64,000 nt of DNA, taken from contig CAVVOP010000019.1 in NCBI GenBank assembly GCA_963749915.1, positions 64,001 through 128,000 of the forward strand, given 5' to 3'. The notes beneath the pieces are model-generated. The model worked only from the letters and a program-made list of their open reading frames with translations, searched no databases and had not been told where the DNA came from. Below, in pieces: positions 9,879-22,200 of the stretch. Position 1 is the first letter of the stretch. Each line of letters opens with the position of its first letter. Source of the stretch: an uncultured cyanobacterium. GTDB lineage: Bacteria; Cyanobacteriota; Cyanobacteriia; Cyanobacteriales; Cyanobacteriaceae. The position numbers and the translations under genes are program-made.

Positions 9879-11867
9879 ATGTGCGATACTTTTTTGGTTT
9901 GTGGTTTAGGTAGTCTAGGGCAAAATTGTGTGGTTGCTCTGAAAAAATTTGGCGTGAAAGTAATTGCCATTGAGCAACATCTGCCTCTGAGTTGGGAAAT
10001 CAAAATACTACCTGATTTACTCGAACAACTGATTATCGGTGATTGTAGCGATAAATTGATTTTAACTAAGGCTCGGATTGAACGATGTCGGGCGGCTTTA
10101 ATTGTCACCACAGCGGAAAAAATCAATGTCAAAACGGCGATCTCCATTCGTCAACTTAACCCGAAAACGAGACTGGTATTGAGATCAGCCCAAGAGAACT
10201 TGAACGAATTATTAAGTCAGGAGTTGGGTAACTTTATTGCTTACGAACCGACACATTTGCCAGCCAATGCTTTTGCTTTATCGGCGTTGGGCACGGAAAC
10301 CCTCGGGCTTTTTTCCTTAGACAATCAACAACTTCGCATTAGTCAAATTAAATTATCAGCCTCTCATCCCTGGTGTAATTTCCGTTTATTGTCGGAATTA
10401 AATACTCGCACTCGTCGTATTATTGATCATTCTCGATTGGGGCAATCATTCCTAACCAGTTTTTATCAATGGCAACCGGAGACCAAGTTATTAGCTAACG
10501 ATCGGATTATTTACATTGAAACTGAAGATAATTTTCGCCTCAATCCTCATTTTAATGCTCACCAAAAATCTCATTTTTCCCCCCCAAGATTAGGACAAAC
10601 TTTAGCAAATTTCCCCCTTAATTTAGCTCATTTACTGACTAAATTTTGGCAACTTAGCCTTCAACAACAAATTAGAAGAGTTGCCCTCTTTTCTGGCTTA
10701 ATTATTATCTTGTTAGTGATAGTCGGCACATTTTTATTTAAAAATTACTATCAAGGAACAACTTTTTTCTCGGCCTTTTATGTAACTGCTACTTTATTAT
10801 TGGGGGGTTATGGTGACTTATTCGGCAGTTTTGAACCGATCAGGGAGCTACCTCAATGGTTACAATTATTTAGTCTCGGTTTAACTTTAACCGGGACGGC
10901 TTTTGTAGGGGTAATTTATGCTTTATTGACGGAAGCCCTTTTATCTTCTAAGTTCGAGTTTACCCACAAACAGCCAGCTATTCCGACGGAAAATCATCTG
11001 GTAGTTGTTGGTTGTGGGCGAGTGGGAGAAAGGGTAGCTAAATTGCTACGGGAATATAAACAGACTGTTTTAGGGATTAGTTTTAATTCTCAAATTGATC
11101 AATCGAAATGGCAAGGTTTGCCCTTAATTATCGGGAATGTACAGGAAAGCTTGAAAAAGGCTCATCTGGACAGGGCGAAAAGTGTGGTAGTGGTTACTGA
11201 TGATGATATTGTTAATCTCGAAGTAGCCTTGATTACTCAATTAACGAATCCTCGCACCAATTTAGTGATTCGCAGCAACGACGAAGATTTAACGGAAAAT
11301 TTAACTCAATTGTTACCTCAAGCTAGCGTGATTGGGGTTTATCAAGTATCGGCGGAAGCATTTGCCGGAGCAGCTTTTGGGGAGAATATCCTCCATATTT
11401 TACATTTTGCCCATCAAACTATTTTAGTGACTGAATATCAGATTAGCCAAGAAGATACTCTCAACGGTTTATTATTATCGGAAATTGCCTATGGTTATGG
11501 AGTCATGCCAATTTTATATCAAGCCTATGATAGCTATAGCCCGACTTTACTGCCGGGGGATGATTTACAGGTGAATATTGGCGATCGCCTGATTATTTTA
11601 GGGACTATAGAAGGATTAAGACGAATAGAAGCAGGCAACAGAGAAAGGCAAACATGGGAGTTAGTGATTCAATCGGCGTACTCTAATGATGCCTTGTTTG
11701 AAGGGGCAAATGCGATCACCCGCATTTCTGGTTGCCCCCTGGCGGTAGCCAGAGAAACGATGAATAATTTACCCCAGACTTTACCAGTTAAACTTTACCA
11801 TCATCAAGCCGTGAGATTAGTTAAAGCACTAGGCAAAAATCGGATTAAAGCAGAACTGAAACATTAG
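9879..11867 (+). CDS. Potassium channel-like protein with TrkA/RCK domains
   Basis: Two GxGxxG Rossmann motifs (GLGSLG, GCGRVG) flanking a TM-pore-TM segment containing GGYGD. Confidence 0.85.
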   Translation: MCDTFLVCGLGSLGQNCVVALKKFGVKVIAIEQHLPLSWEIKILPDLLEQLIIGDCSDKLILTKARIERCRAALIVTTAEKINVKTAISIRQLNPKTRLVLRSAQENLNELLSQELGNFIAYEPTHLPANAFALSALGTETLGLFSLDNQQLRISQIKLSASHPWCNFRLLSELNTRTRRIIDHSRLGQSFLTSFYQWQPETKLLANDRIIYIETEDNFRLNPHFNAHQKSHFSPPRLGQTLANFPLNLAHLLTKFWQLSLQQQIRRVALFSGLIIILLVIVGTFLFKNYYQGTTFFSAFYVTATLLLGGYGDLFGSFEPIRELPQWLQLFSLGLTLTGTAFVGVIYALLTEALLSSKFEFTHKQPAIPTENHLVVVGCGRVGERVAKLLREYKQTVLGISFNSQIDQSKWQGLPLIIGNVQESLKKAHLDRAKSVVVVTDDDIVNLEVALITQLTNPRTNLVIRSNDEDLTENLTQLLPQASVIGVYQVSAEAFAGAAFGENILHILHFAHQTILVTEYQISQEDTLNGLLLSEIAYGYGVMPILYQAYDSYSPTLLPGDDLQVNIGDRLIILGTIEGLRRIEAGNRERQTWELVIQSAYSNDALFEGANAITRISGCPLAVARETMNNLPQTLPVKLYHHQAVRLVKALGKNRIKAELKH

Positions 11868-12042
11868 TGTTCCTATGATAAAGTCGGTTACAAAGTTAGT
11901 ATTAATAACAATACCTTCGTCAAAAAAAGATCATAAACTCAACCGAAATGTAAAGAAATGTGTGCGTTTGCCCTGCTCACTGGGCCGATGCTCTAGTACA
12001 CTAGAGCTAAACAATGGTGTTTCTGGAAAGTCAGGATTATCG

Positions 12043-13503
12043 TTAGGGTATTTTAACTTTTGTCCCCGACTGGATTTGTTCGGTCGGATGAAGAATTACT
12101 TTCTCTTTAAGTTTTAATCCAGTTTCAATTACGGCCTCAAAATTACTGCGTTGACTGACTTTCATCTGACGTTTTTGAGCTTGATTATTTTCCACCACAA
12201 AAGTACACCAAGTATTAGATAAAGGCTGATTATTTTCTTGGTCACAGCGAAATAAGGCACTCAAGGGAATAACTAAAACATCTTCTCCTGACCAAATCAC
12301 AGTTCTCGTTTCCACTCGATAGCGATCTCCCAAAGATCCGCCTTGGGGGACACCTAAAGGTATTTCCGTATCAATTAAATCGGCGATGACATTTACCCGT
12401 TGTTCTTCTACTCCCAAAGCTGAAACTTTAGTGAAAGCAGAGGGTTCTATATAACGCACCTTTGCCTTGAGAGTTGATTCCCCACCCCAATGATCGAGAA
12501 ACATAATCGCACCGGGTTTTACTTTCACCGCATCGGAAGAGAGTAAATCGACAAGGATTTCTAAGTCTTGGGGATTTCCTAATTCTAAAAGTTGAGTACC
12601 TGCTTCCACATATTTGGCACTTTCCAGGTAAATTCTGAGTACATAGCCATCAATGGGAGAGGTAATATGAGTACGATTAGCATCATCAGTTAGTTTAGCC
12701 AGTTCTGCTTTAACACTATTGATGCGAGCATCATAAACATCGAGGAGATAATCTGGATCTTTTTGTTTAGCACGAAGAATCAAGAGTGCTTCTTGGGCGA
12801 CATTAACTTGAGCGGCGATACTGTCAGCTAATCTTTGTTCAGCTTCTAAAGCTCTAATTTTAGTGATTTCTTCTAATTCTGCCCGTTCTTTTGCCTGACG
12901 AGAAACCACCCCGTCAACGTATAACTTTTGGTTCCGCTCGCGATCGCGTATTGCCTGTTCTAATTCTGCCCTAGCTTGTTCCACCCTGGCAACGGCCTCT
13001 TTTTGTTCGGCCACTACGGCTCTAATCCTAGCTTCCCCTTGAGAGATCGCTTCTGGTTTAGGACGCAGAGTTGCCACTCCCGCTTTTTCGGCTTGCCACT
13101 GACGTAATCTGGCTTGAGCTTCCCGTATATCGGACTCTAGGGGTAAAGGATCGATTTGAGCAATTATTTCTCCCTTAGTAACACGATCACCTTCTTCTAA
13201 ATCAATTCTAGCCAATCTTCCTTCCACAGGAGCAGAAACTAGATAACGTTTGCGGATACGGGTTTCCCCTTCTTCATCTACCGTTACCACCACATCACTT
13301 CGTTTTACTTGTGCTACATCAACGAGAATTGGGGATGGACGAAAAGCCCAGAATAAAATTCCCAGTATGGTCAATGCCCCTAAAACATAGATTAACTGCC
13401 AAGGTAGATATTTTTTTTTCGGTTTGCTTTCTGTTTGAGGGATCCATTGTTTGGCTTCTTCCTCTTTAGTCCATTGAAATGCCTCTGATGATTCATCGCT
13501 CAT
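12043..13503 (-). CDS. Efflux periplasmic adaptor (HlyD/RND MFP)
   Basis: N-terminal TM, SAPVEG/SPIDG lipoyl halves, long coiled coil, TKVSALGVEEQRV. Confidence 0.9.
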   Translation of the reverse strand: MSDESSEAFQWTKEEEAKQWIPQTESKPKKKYLPWQLIYVLGALTILGILFWAFRPSPILVDVAQVKRSDVVVTVDEEGETRIRKRYLVSAPVEGRLARIDLEEGDRVTKGEIIAQIDPLPLESDIREAQARLRQWQAEKAGVATLRPKPEAISQGEARIRAVVAEQKEAVARVEQARAELEQAIRDRERNQKLYVDGVVSRQAKERAELEEITKIRALEAEQRLADSIAAQVNVAQEALLILRAKQKDPDYLLDVYDARINSVKAELAKLTDDANRTHITSPIDGYVLRIYLESAKYVEAGTQLLELGNPQDLEILVDLLSSDAVKVKPGAIMFLDHWGGESTLKAKVRYIEPSAFTKVSALGVEEQRVNVIADLIDTEIPLGVPQGGSLGDRYRVETRTVIWSGEDVLVIPLSALFRCDQENNQPLSNTWCTFVVENNQAQKRQMKVSQRSNFEAVIETGLKLKEKVILHPTEQIQSGTKVKIP

Positions 13504-13631
13504 GGTTCACTGCTGTCTTATTATTTAATTCAGCCCCAAGGAATAATATACCACTTCATTCGTAACTAAAAACTGAGAAGAAAAAAGTACCAGAATAAAT
13601 AACTGAACCGCACTTTTTTAACAAACCATAT

Positions 13632-14663
13632 TTAAAAATGAATCTTACCTTCAGGCATCGTCACCCCGTCTAAAATAGTCTCAGATAAATCTACCCCGGA
13701 CAAATCCGCATCTCGGAGATTTGCACCGCTCAAGTTAGTATTTTTCAAGATTGCACCATTAAGACAAGCACCCCATAAGTAAGCACCCTGTAAATTAGCA
13801 TTTGTTAAATCTGCCCCCGTTAAATTGGCTAAATTCAAATTAGCAAAACTTAAGTCTGCCGATCGCAAATCAGTTTCACTCAGGTTACTTTTCATTAAAT
13901 TAGCTTGGATAATCTCAGCACCCCTTAATTGTCCATTTTGTAGTTGAACATCTTTCAAGTTAGCCTTATTTAAAACACTACGACGCATGATGATATTGTT
14001 GAGGTTACTACCCGATAAGTTACTACCGTATAACTTGGCACCGCTCATTTTTGCCTCGGTTAAATCCATCCCGCTAAAATTCACTCCCTGTAAGTCCAAA
14101 CCATTGAGAAATGAGCCTTTGAGCTTAATTCCATATAAACTTGCACCCCGTAAATTAGCACCGCTTAACCTTGCATGGTTTAAATTACTCCAGTTTAAGT
14201 TTGCACCCTCTAAATTAGCACCCCTTAAATTAATGCCGTCTAAATTAGCCCCACAAAGATTAACACTAGGTAAATTAGCCATGTAGAGACTAACCCATGT
14301 TAACACTGCACCGCTTAAAGTCGCCCCCTGAAGATCAACTTTATTTAATTGTGCACCATGTAAATCCGCTTTTGTCAAATCTGCCTCAATTAATAAAGCC
14401 TCTTTTAACTTAACAAAACTTAAATTTGCACCATATAAAAAAGCACCTCTTAAATCAGCTTCCAGAAGAAAACAACGTTCTAAATCTGACCATGCTAAAT
14501 GTGCTTCAACCAGTTTGGAACGGGACAAATTTGAGTGACTAAGTTTCATGCCACTTAAATTAATTTTACTAAGATTAACATTGCGAAAATCTCGATCCCC
14601 TTCCTTATATCTTTTAAGTATATCATTGACGATCATGGCATTTTCTCCAAAAAATGTTCTCAA
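13632..14663 (-). CDS. Pentapeptide repeat protein
   Basis: Continuous A(N/D)LxG repeats; starts RYKEGDRDF and ends MPEGKIH. True start may be at MIVND. Confidence 0.95.
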   Translation of the reverse strand: MRTFFGENAMIVNDILKRYKEGDRDFRNVNLSKINLSGMKLSHSNLSRSKLVEAHLAWSDLERCFLLEADLRGAFLYGANLSFVKLKEALLIEADLTKADLHGAQLNKVDLQGATLSGAVLTWVSLYMANLPSVNLCGANLDGINLRGANLEGANLNWSNLNHARLSGANLRGASLYGIKLKGSFLNGLDLQGVNFSGMDLTEAKMSGAKLYGSNLSGSNLNNIIMRRSVLNKANLKDVQLQNGQLRGAEIIQANLMKSNLSETDLRSADLSFANLNLANLTGADLTNANLQGAYLWGACLNGAILKNTNLSGANLRDADLSGVDLSETILDGVTMPEGKIHF

Positions 14664-14867
14664 CTGAATTAATAAAGAACCATGTTGTCTTAATAATTAA
14701 ATAACAAAAGGAACTTTTACTTACGATTGTATTGTTTTTTTTCTCAAACTTCTTTAGCATAAACTAATTAGGCGTTAATGTTAAAAATTACGGCTCTTCT
14801 AGAGTAAGTAGCTGTGGTAAACTACACACTCAAATCAGAAGAGCCAAAATTACCTACTAATAAAAAG

Positions 14868-14884
14868 AGTGGGCATTGCCCACC
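14868..14884. repeat. REP-like palindrome / possible terminator 3' of gltB
   Basis: GTGGGCATTGCCCAC palindrome about 30 bp past the gltB stop. Confidence 0.5.
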
Positions 14885-14915
14885 CTAAGTTCATTAATTG
14901 TTAGTTGATTTTTAC

Positions 14916-17900
14916 CTAACTTCCGCCGACTCTTGCCACGTCCTGAGAGTTAGCCGTAAAGGCGGCATTTAGGGCATCATCTCCGCTTAAACCTGAGTCT
15001 ATGGCTTGTTTTAATGCCTCTAAAACTCGTTTATAATCTCTTGGCATTACTTTAACAAATTTACCAATATTTTCCTCCCAATTATTGAGAATTGTTTTGG
15101 CTTTTTTACTATTAGTAAATTCGGCATGTTTAGTAATTAATTGTTTAATTTCGGCAATCTCGGAAGCATCCTCTAGGGTTTCTAAACCGACCATCTCGGT
15201 GTTGCAGTGGGTAGCGAAATCGCCTTTTTCGTCGAAAATATAAGCGACGCCACCACTCATCCCTGCGGCAAAGTTACGTCCCGTTGAGCCTAAAATCACT
15301 ACTTTTCCGCCTGTCATATATTCGCAACCGTGATCACCAACACCCTCAACGATGGCAGTTACACCCGAGTTACGCACACAAAAACGCTCCCCAGCAACAC
15401 CAGAGATATAGGCTTCGCCACTGGTTGCACCGTAAAAGGCCACGTTACCGACGATTATATTTTGGTCGGCCTCAAAGGTGGCTTTTTTGTCAGGATAAAC
15501 AATGATTTTGCCACCGCTTAGACCTTTACCAATATAGTCGTTTGCATCTCCTTCTAATTCGAGGGTAACTCCTTTGGGTACAAATGCACCTAAACTTTGT
15601 CCTGCACTGCCGACAAAATGTAAATGTACAGTATCTTCGGGTAAGCCTTCCCAATGTTTTTTTGTAATCTCATTGCCTAAAATTGTACCTACCACTCGGT
15701 TGGTATTTTTGATAGGTAAAGTGGCTTTTACTTTATCACCCTTTTCGATGGCATTTTTACAAACATCAAGTAAAGTGGTTATATCGAGGGATTGATCCAA
15801 ACCGTGATCTTGTTTGATGCTACAATGACGAGGCATATTGGGATCAACATCAGGCTGATAAAGAATAGGAGAAATATCAACACCTTTAGCCTTCCAATGA
15901 TCAACAGCTTTTTTCGGTTCTAATACATCAGTACGCCCTATCATCTCATTAACTGTGCGGAAGCCTAATTCGGCCATAATTTCCCGCATTTCTTGGGCGA
16001 TAAATTTCATGAAATTAACGGTATAAGCTGGATCTCCCGTAAATTTAGCTCGTAGTTCTGGGTTTTGAGTGGCAACACCCACAGGGCAAGTGTTAAGATG
16101 ACAAACCCGCATCATGATACAACCTAAAGTGACCAGAGGTGCGGTGGAAAAGCCGTATTCTTCAGCACCAAGTAAAGCCGCCACCACAATATCACGCCCT
16201 GTTTTCATTTGTCCGTCAGTTTCGACGACGATACGACTGCGAAGGTTATTTAATAACAAGGTTTGATGAGTTTCTGCCAATCCCAACTCCCAAGGTAAAC
16301 CGGCGTGTTTGATAGAGGTTTTAGGAGATGCACCAGTGCCGCCATCGTAACCAGAAATCAAGACTACATCGGCCTTCGCCTTAGCCACTCCAGAGGCGAT
16401 GGTACCAACTCCCACTTCTGACACTAATTTGACGTTAATTCGTGCGTCACGATTGGCATTTTTCAAGTCGTGGATTAACTCCGCTAAATCTTCAATGGAG
16501 TAAATATCATGGTGAGGCGGAGGGGAAATTAAACCTACGCCAGGGGTAGAATAACGTACTTTGGCAATCCAAGGATACACTTTTTTACCTGGTAATTGTC
16601 CACCTTCTCCGGGTTTCGCCCCTTGTGCCATTTTAATTTGTATCTCTTTGGCTTGAGAGAGATATAAACTGGTGACGCCAAAACGCCCACTAGCCACTTG
16701 CTTGATGGCACTATTTTTCGAGTCTCCTTGGTCATTAGTCCAAGTATAGCGCTTTGGGTCCTCCCCACCTTCTCCTGTGTTGGATTTACCACCGATGCGA
16801 TTCATGGCGATGGCAAGGGATTCGTGGGCTTCTTTGGAAATCGAACCGTAACTCATAGCACCGGTTTTAAACCGCTTCATGATGTTTTCAATGGGTTCAA
16901 CTTCTTCAATAGGTATGGATTCCCGTTGTTTAAACTCTAATAAATCCCGTAAACGGAAATAATGTTTACCATGATCGTTAATCATCTGAGAATACTTCTT
17001 AAATAGTTGATAATCTCCCTGTTGTACCGCTTGTTGTAAAGTGTGAATAGTTTGGGGATTAAACAGATGTGCTTCACCATCTTTGCGCCATTGATACTCA
17101 CCCCCAACATCGAGGGTGTGCCCGTTAACCTGTCTTTCAGGGAAGGCATGTTTATGACGCATAATGGTTTCTTGGGCGATAACTTCTAAGTCAACCCCTT
17201 CCAAACGAGAAGCAGTACGAGTAAAGTATTTTTCGATGACCTTATGATTTAAGCCTACTGACTCAAAAATTTGTGCACCCCGATAGCTTTGGATGGTGGA
17301 AATACCTATTTTGGCGGCGATTTTAATAACCCCTTTGGTAATAGATTTGATGTAGTTATAAACAGCGGTGTCATAATCCACCCCTGTCAATAATTTCTCG
17401 TCTATCATCTGGTGTAAGGTGGAGTAAGCCAAGTAGGGATTGATAGCACCACAACCATAGCCTAACAACACGGCAAAATGATGGACTTCTTTCGGTTCAC
17501 CCGATTCTAAGATTAAGCCCACCTTCGTGCGACTTCCGTTACGAATAAGATGATGATGTAACCCCGCAACAGCTAATAAAGCAGGTATGGGTGCGTTATT
17601 AAAATCTACACCTCGATCAGTTAAAATAATGTGGGTGCAGCCCTCTTTTATTGCTTTATCTACTTCGCTAAAAACAGATTCTAAGGCTGATTCCATACCT
17701 TTTACACCATCTTTGGGGTTAAACAGAATTGAACAGGTGTGGGCTTTAAATCCATGACTGTTTAAATTTTTCAGTTTGGCTAACTCTTCATTAGTGATAA
17801 CCGGAGTTTTGAGGGCGATGAGATGACAACTTTCAGGCTCAGGTTTTAATAAGTTTCTCTCACCACCGATAGTGGTTTCTGCAGAGGTAATAATGGCTTC

Positions 17901-19505
17901 CCTGATGGAGTCGATCGGGGGGTTTGTTACCTGTGCAAACAGTTGTTTAAAGTAATCATATAACAATTTCGGGCGATCGCTCAACACCGCTAAAGGAGTA
18001 TCAATGCCCATGGCACCCACCGCCTCAACTCCTGTTTGTGCCATGGGCACTAATAACATCCGTAAGTCTTCAAAAGTATAACCAAAGTTTTGTTGTAAGG
18101 GCATGATATCATCTTCGTGAATTGCCCCTCCCATGGGTGCAGAGGGGAACTTATCTAGAGTGTATAAGTGCTCATCTAACCATTGTTGATAAGGATGTTG
18201 GGTAATAATAGGGTGTTTAACTTCTTCATCAGCAACGATGCGCCCTGCTTCCATATCCACTAAAAACATTTGCCCTGGTTGTAGTCTTCCTTTCGATTCC
18301 ACTCTTTCGGGCTCAATGGGTAAAACACCCGCTTCTGATGCCATGATCACCAATCCATCTTTAGTGACGGTGTAACGAGAAGGACGTAATCCGTTACGAT
18401 CGAGTATAGCTCCAATTTGCTTACCATCGGTAAAGGCGATGGAAGCGGGACCATCCCAAGGCTCAATTAAACAAGAATGATATTGATAGAATGCTTTTTT
18501 CTCAGCACTCATGGACTCATGACCACTCCAAGGCTCAGGGATCATCATCATCACCGCATGAGGAAGACTGCGCCCACTTAGTACTAGCATTTCTAAGGCG
18601 TTATCGAAAATCAGGGAGTCGCTACCTTCCATGTTGATAATGGGTTGAATTTTCGCCATGTCTTCCCCGAATAACTCAGATTCGAAAAGGGCTTGACGGG
18701 CGTGCATCCAATTAGTATTGCCTCTCAAGGTGTTGATTTCACCGTTATGGGTGATGTAGCGGTAAGGGTGTGCTCTTTCCCAACTCGGGAATGTATTGGT
18801 GCTGAAGCGAGAATGTACAAGGGCGAGGGCCGTTTGTAATTCGGGATTGCTCAAATCTAGATAATATTTCCCTACTTGCTCAGGGCGCAACATTCCTTTA
18901 TAGACGATGGTACGGCTGGAAATTGTAGCTGGATACCAATATACATCAATATTACTCGCTTTGATAACGGAGTGGGATTGTTTTCTAATCACAAACAATT
19001 TACGCTCAAACGCCAAATTATCAGTAATATCAGGATTTTTAGCGATGAAAACCTGTTGCACAAAAGGTTCACAAATCAAAGCACTTTTACCTAAACCCGA
19101 GTTATCCGTCGGCACGTCACGCCAACCTAAGACTTTTTGCCCTTCTTCAGCGACAATTTGCTCAAATAATGCCCTTGCTTTTAATCTCACACTTTCATCA
19201 GGGGAGGTAAACATCATCCCCACTGCATAGTTATCTACTTCGGGCAATATAATCCCTAATTTTTCGGCTTCCTTGTGCATAAACTCATGGGGTAACTGCA
19301 TTAAAATTCCTGCACCATCTCCTGTATTTGGCTCTGCACCACAGCCTCCCCGATGGTCTAAATTGATCAATATAGTCAATGCCTGTTTTACTATGTCATG
19401 GGATTTTTTCCCGTATTTGTGCACCACGAAACCCACACCACAGGCATCATGTTCATATTGTGGATCGTATAATCCTTGTTTTTCAGGTATTCTATGTACA
19501 GTCAT
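14916..19505 (-). CDS. gltB: Glutamate synthase large subunit (probably NADH-GOGAT type)
   Basis: EHDACGVG amidotransferase start, [36 protein letters not shown]e-S motif and GXGXG C-terminal domain. Confidence 0.96.
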   Translation of the reverse strand: MTVHRIPEKQGLYDPQYEHDACGVGFVVHKYGKKSHDIVKQALTILINLDHRGGCGAEPNTGDGAGILMQLPHEFMHKEAEKLGIILPEVDNYAVGMMFTSPDESVRLKARALFEQIVAEEGQKVLGWRDVPTDNSGLGKSALICEPFVQQVFIAKNPDITDNLAFERKLFVIRKQSHSVIKASNIDVYWYPATISSRTIVYKGMLRPEQVGKYYLDLSNPELQTALALVHSRFSTNTFPSWERAHPYRYITHNGEINTLRGNTNWMHARQALFESELFGEDMAKIQPIINMEGSDSLIFDNALEMLVLSGRSLPHAVMMMIPEPWSGHESMSAEKKAFYQYHSCLIEPWDGPASIAFTDGKQIGAILDRNGLRPSRYTVTKDGLVIMASEAGVLPIEPERVESKGRLQPGQMFLVDMEAGRIVADEEVKHPIITQHPYQQWLDEHLYTLDKFPSAPMGGAIHEDDIMPLQQNFGYTFEDLRMLLVPMAQTGVEAVGAMGIDTPLAVLSDRPKLLYDYFKQLFAQVTNPPIDSIREAIITSAETTIGGERNLLKPEPESCHLIALKTPVITNEELAKLKNLNSHGFKAHTCSILFNPKDGVKGMESALESVFSEVDKAIKEGCTHIILTDRGVDFNNAPIPALLAVAGLHHHLIRNGSRTKVGLILESGEPKEVHHFAVLLGYGCGAINPYLAYSTLHQMIDEKLLTGVDYDTAVYNYIKSITKGVIKIAAKIGISTIQSYRGAQIFESVGLNHKVIEKYFTRTASRLEGVDLEVIAQETIMRHKHAFPERQVNGHTLDVGGEYQWRKDGEAHLFNPQTIHTLQQAVQQGDYQLFKKYSQMINDHGKHYFRLRDLLEFKQRESIPIEEVEPIENIMKRFKTGAMSYGSISKEAHESLAIAMNRIGGKSNTGEGGEDPKRYTWTNDQGDSKNSAIKQVASGRFGVTSLYLSQAKEIQIKMAQGAKPGEGGQLPGKKVYPWIAKVRYSTPGVGLISPPPHHDIYSIEDLAELIHDLKNANRDARINVKLVSEVGVGTIASGVAKAKADVVLISGYDGGTGASPKTSIKHAGLPWELGLAETHQTLLLNNLRSRIVVETDGQMKTGRDIVVAALLGAEEYGFSTAPLVTLGCIMMRVCHLNTCPVGVATQNPELRAKFTGDPAYTVNFMKFIAQEMREIMAELGFRTVNEMIGRTDVLEPKKAVDHWKAKGVDISPILYQPDVDPNMPRHCSIKQDHGLDQSLDITTLLDVCKNAIEKGDKVKATLPIKNTNRVVGTILGNEITKKHWEGLPEDTVHLHFVGSAGQSLGAFVPKGVTLELEGDANDYIGKGLSGGKIIVYPDKKATFEADQNIIVGNVAFYGATSGEAYISGVAGERFCVRNSGVTAIVEGVGDHGCEYMTGGKVVILGSTGRNFAAGMSGGVAYIFDEKGDFATHCNTEMVGLETLEDASEIAEIKQLITKHAEFTNSKKAKTILNNWEENIGKFVKVMPRDYKRVLEALKQAIDSGLSGDDALNAAFTANSQDVARVGGS

Positions 19506-19905
19506 AATTGCTTCCTAAATTTTTGGTGTTAATCGCTGAAATATAAAGAAAATCCCAAGTTTGGCTTTTTTTTCTTTACTCGTTTATTTTCACATTATAG
19601 GAAGATTTATCAGTAATCTTGATCTTTTTTGTCAGAAAACTACTAAATAATAAAGTTTTTTAAACTTTTAGGGGCGATCGTTGAGAGTTCGTTACAATCT
19701 ACCACAATAAATTATCTACGTAATAGTTTAAGATGAGGGGTTGGACTTTCTTTAAATTTATAACGGAACAAAAATACTATTGACGGAATCTATATCTATG
19801 ATTAATCTATGATTAAAAATTCATAGCATCATCGAAAATAATTAAACAGTAATCGTATCCTTAAAACTACAATACTGATCAAAGAAAATACATATTTAAT
19901 TAGTT

Positions 19906-21024
19906 ATGTGGCAAAAATTTCTCTTAAAAACAACCTCTAAATTGGGTTTTATCTCTTTATTTTTGTTGATTTTTTCTACCCCTGCCCAAGCTGCCCTGGA
20001 ATTGAGAGTAGCCATAAAAAAAGGGGTTAATAACCTACAAATTGGTAGCTCAACTCCTGCTGTCATTAGAGACAATACAGGACAGAATATTGGTCAAGTA
20101 GAAGGGATGAACTCCTTTGTAGCTAAAGCTAATGGTAGTAATGTCAATCTTGCACAGTGGAACTCGAACCGTATATGGTTAGAGCCTAGTGGTGATGGTG
20201 TTATCTGGATTGGCGATCGCTGGTATCGTGGTAGAGTCTTACTAACTCGTCAAGGAGGTGGCATCACTGCCGTTAATTATGTAGATATAGAAGATTATTT
20301 ATATAGCGTAGTGGGAGCAGAAGCAATAGCCAGTTGGCCCCAAGAAGCTTTAAAAACTCAAGCTGTCGCCGCCCGAACCTATGCCTTGTACAAACGCAAC
20401 ACCAGTAAAAACAGTATATTTGATCTTGATACGACTACTGCAACACAAGTATATAAGGGGTTAGGTAGTGAATACACCACCACCCACCAAGCCGTAAAAG
20501 CCACCGATGGGCAAATCATGACTTATAACAATCAACCTATTTTAGCGGTATTTCATTCTTCATCAGGTGGACATACCGAAAACGTCGAAGATATTTGGAC
20601 TTCCCCCCTACCTTATCTAAGAGGTGTAGTTGATTACGATCAAACAGCTCCCGTGTTTCAGTGGAGTAAAACCGTTTCCCCTGCTTCTATTAGTCGAGTT
20701 GCCGGAAGTGTGGGCAATATTCGTGCCTTAGTACCTCAAAAAACCACCCCTCAAGGTAGAATTGTCACCATGCAAGTAGTGGGCGATCGCACTACTAAAA
20801 CCGTTGCCGGCAGTGATTTAAGAAGTGCCTTGGACTTACGGAGTACATTATTCCGAGTTTCCTCTGGGGGTAATGGTTTACAGGTATCAGGGAGAGGATT
20901 TGGCCACGGTTTAGGTTTAAGCCAATGGGGTACTTATTATTTAGCTCAAAACGGCGTTGATTATCGTCAAATTCTCGGACATTACTATCAAAATGCACGA
21001 CTTGCCACCATGAGAACAAGATAG
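19906..21024 (+). CDS. SpoIID/LytB domain protein
   Basis: YLYSVVGAE, EALKTQAVAARTYA and GFGHGLGLSQWG; signal peptide. Confidence 0.93.
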   Translation: MWQKFLLKTTSKLGFISLFLLIFSTPAQAALELRVAIKKGVNNLQIGSSTPAVIRDNTGQNIGQVEGMNSFVAKANGSNVNLAQWNSNRIWLEPSGDGVIWIGDRWYRGRVLLTRQGGGITAVNYVDIEDYLYSVVGAEAIASWPQEALKTQAVAARTYALYKRNTSKNSIFDLDTTTATQVYKGLGSEYTTTHQAVKATDGQIMTYNNQPILAVFHSSSGGHTENVEDIWTSPLPYLRGVVDYDQTAPVFQWSKTVSPASISRVAGSVGNIRALVPQKTTPQGRIVTMQVVGDRTTKTVAGSDLRSALDLRSTLFRVSSGGNGLQVSGRGFGHGLGLSQWGTYYLAQNGVDYRQILGHYYQNARLATMRTR

Positions 21025-21095
21025 GTAAAAATTAACTATACTTTTAATATCACCTTGATATTGAAAATTTTATTGTTAATTTACGAAGATCAATT

Positions 21096-21668
21096 ATGAA
21101 TCCTTATCTAACCATTGAAAAAGAAAAATTAGAGAATCCTCCTCTAGATTTGCATTATTTAGGGGATAAAGTTTTACGTCAATCTGCCAAGCGCGTTGCT
21201 AAAGTTGATGAAAGTATCCGAGAATTAGCAAAAGAAATGTTACAAACCATGTATAGTGAAAATGGTATCGGTCTAGCCGCACCTCAAATTGGCGTAAATA
21301 AACAGATAATAGTCATCGACTGTCAACCGGATAGCCAAGCTAATCCTCCTATGATTTTAATTAACCCGGAAATCAAGAGATTTAGTAAAGATTTATGTAT
21401 CATGGAAGAAGGATGCTTGAGTATTCCACAAGTTTTCTTAGAAGTTGTTCGTTCTCGTACCATAGAAGTTGCATATAAAGATGAATATGGAAAGCAGAAA
21501 AAAATGAAGGCCATGGGTTTATTATCCCGTGTCATTCAGCACGAAATAGATCATCTAAATGGAGTATTGTTTGTGGATAGAGTACAAAACAGTTTTGCCT
21601 TAACAGAAGAATTAAACAAAAAAGGCTTTTCCATTTCCGCAGTAAAACCCATAACAATTAACAGTTAA
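21096..21668 (+). CDS. def: Peptide deformylase
   Basis: GIGLAAPQ, EGCLS and QHEIDHLNG. Confidence 0.97.
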   Translation: MNPYLTIEKEKLENPPLDLHYLGDKVLRQSAKRVAKVDESIRELAKEMLQTMYSENGIGLAAPQIGVNKQIIVIDCQPDSQANPPMILINPEIKRFSKDLCIMEEGCLSIPQVFLEVVRSRTIEVAYKDEYGKQKKMKAMGLLSRVIQHEIDHLNGVLFVDRVQNSFALTEELNKKGFSISAVKPITINS

Positions 21669-21802
21669 TGGTAAATAATTAAAGAACCATCAATAATCAT
21701 CGAGTGTTATCACGGCTCACTTACCCTATCATTGGTAATGAATATCAAAAGATATAATTTTGTTGTTAACTTATAATATTGGAAAATATCAATTCGTAGA
21801 AT

Positions 21803-22150
21803 ATGAAAAATAAAGGACAAGGATTCGGTTTAGGTTTAGGTAAAATGAAAGAACTAGCCCAAGCCTTTCAAAAAGCCCAACAAATTCAAGATGATGCCAA
21901 AAAACTGCAAGAAGAATTAGAAACCTTGCGTATTGAAGGGCAAAGTGCCGATGGTTTAGTCGTAGTAACAGTGAGTGGCAACCAGGAACCCCAATCCGTC
22001 GAAATTAAGGAAGAAGCCTTAAGTAAAAGTGCAACCGAATTATCTGAGATTGTCTCTAGTGCGGTAAAAGATGCACATCAAAAATCTACTGACGTCATGC
22101 GAGAAAAAATGGAAGCTTTAACTGGTAATTTAGGCTTACCCGGAATGTAA
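21803..22150 (+). CDS. YbaB/EbfC nucleoid-associated protein
   Basis: [22 protein letters not shown] and [13 protein letters not shown]. Confidence 0.92.
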   Translation: MKNKGQGFGLGLGKMKELAQAFQKAQQIQDDAKKLQEELETLRIEGQSADGLVVVTVSGNQEPQSVEIKEEALSKSATELSEIVSSAVKDAHQKSTDVMREKMEALTGNLGLPGM

Positions 22151-22164
22151 CTTCCCCCAAATCA

Positions 22165-22190
22165 GCCCCTAAATCCAGGAGGATAGGGGC
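22165..22190. terminator. Hairpin between convergent ybaB and cobJ
   Basis: GCCCCT..ATCC..GGAT.AGGGGC stem in the 50-bp convergent gap. Confidence 0.5.
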
Positions 22191-22200
22191 ATTTCTTGCT

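Noticed and set aside
14916..19505. gltB without adjacent gltD as an anomaly
   Set aside because: Unlinked gltB and gltD are known in cyanobacteria.
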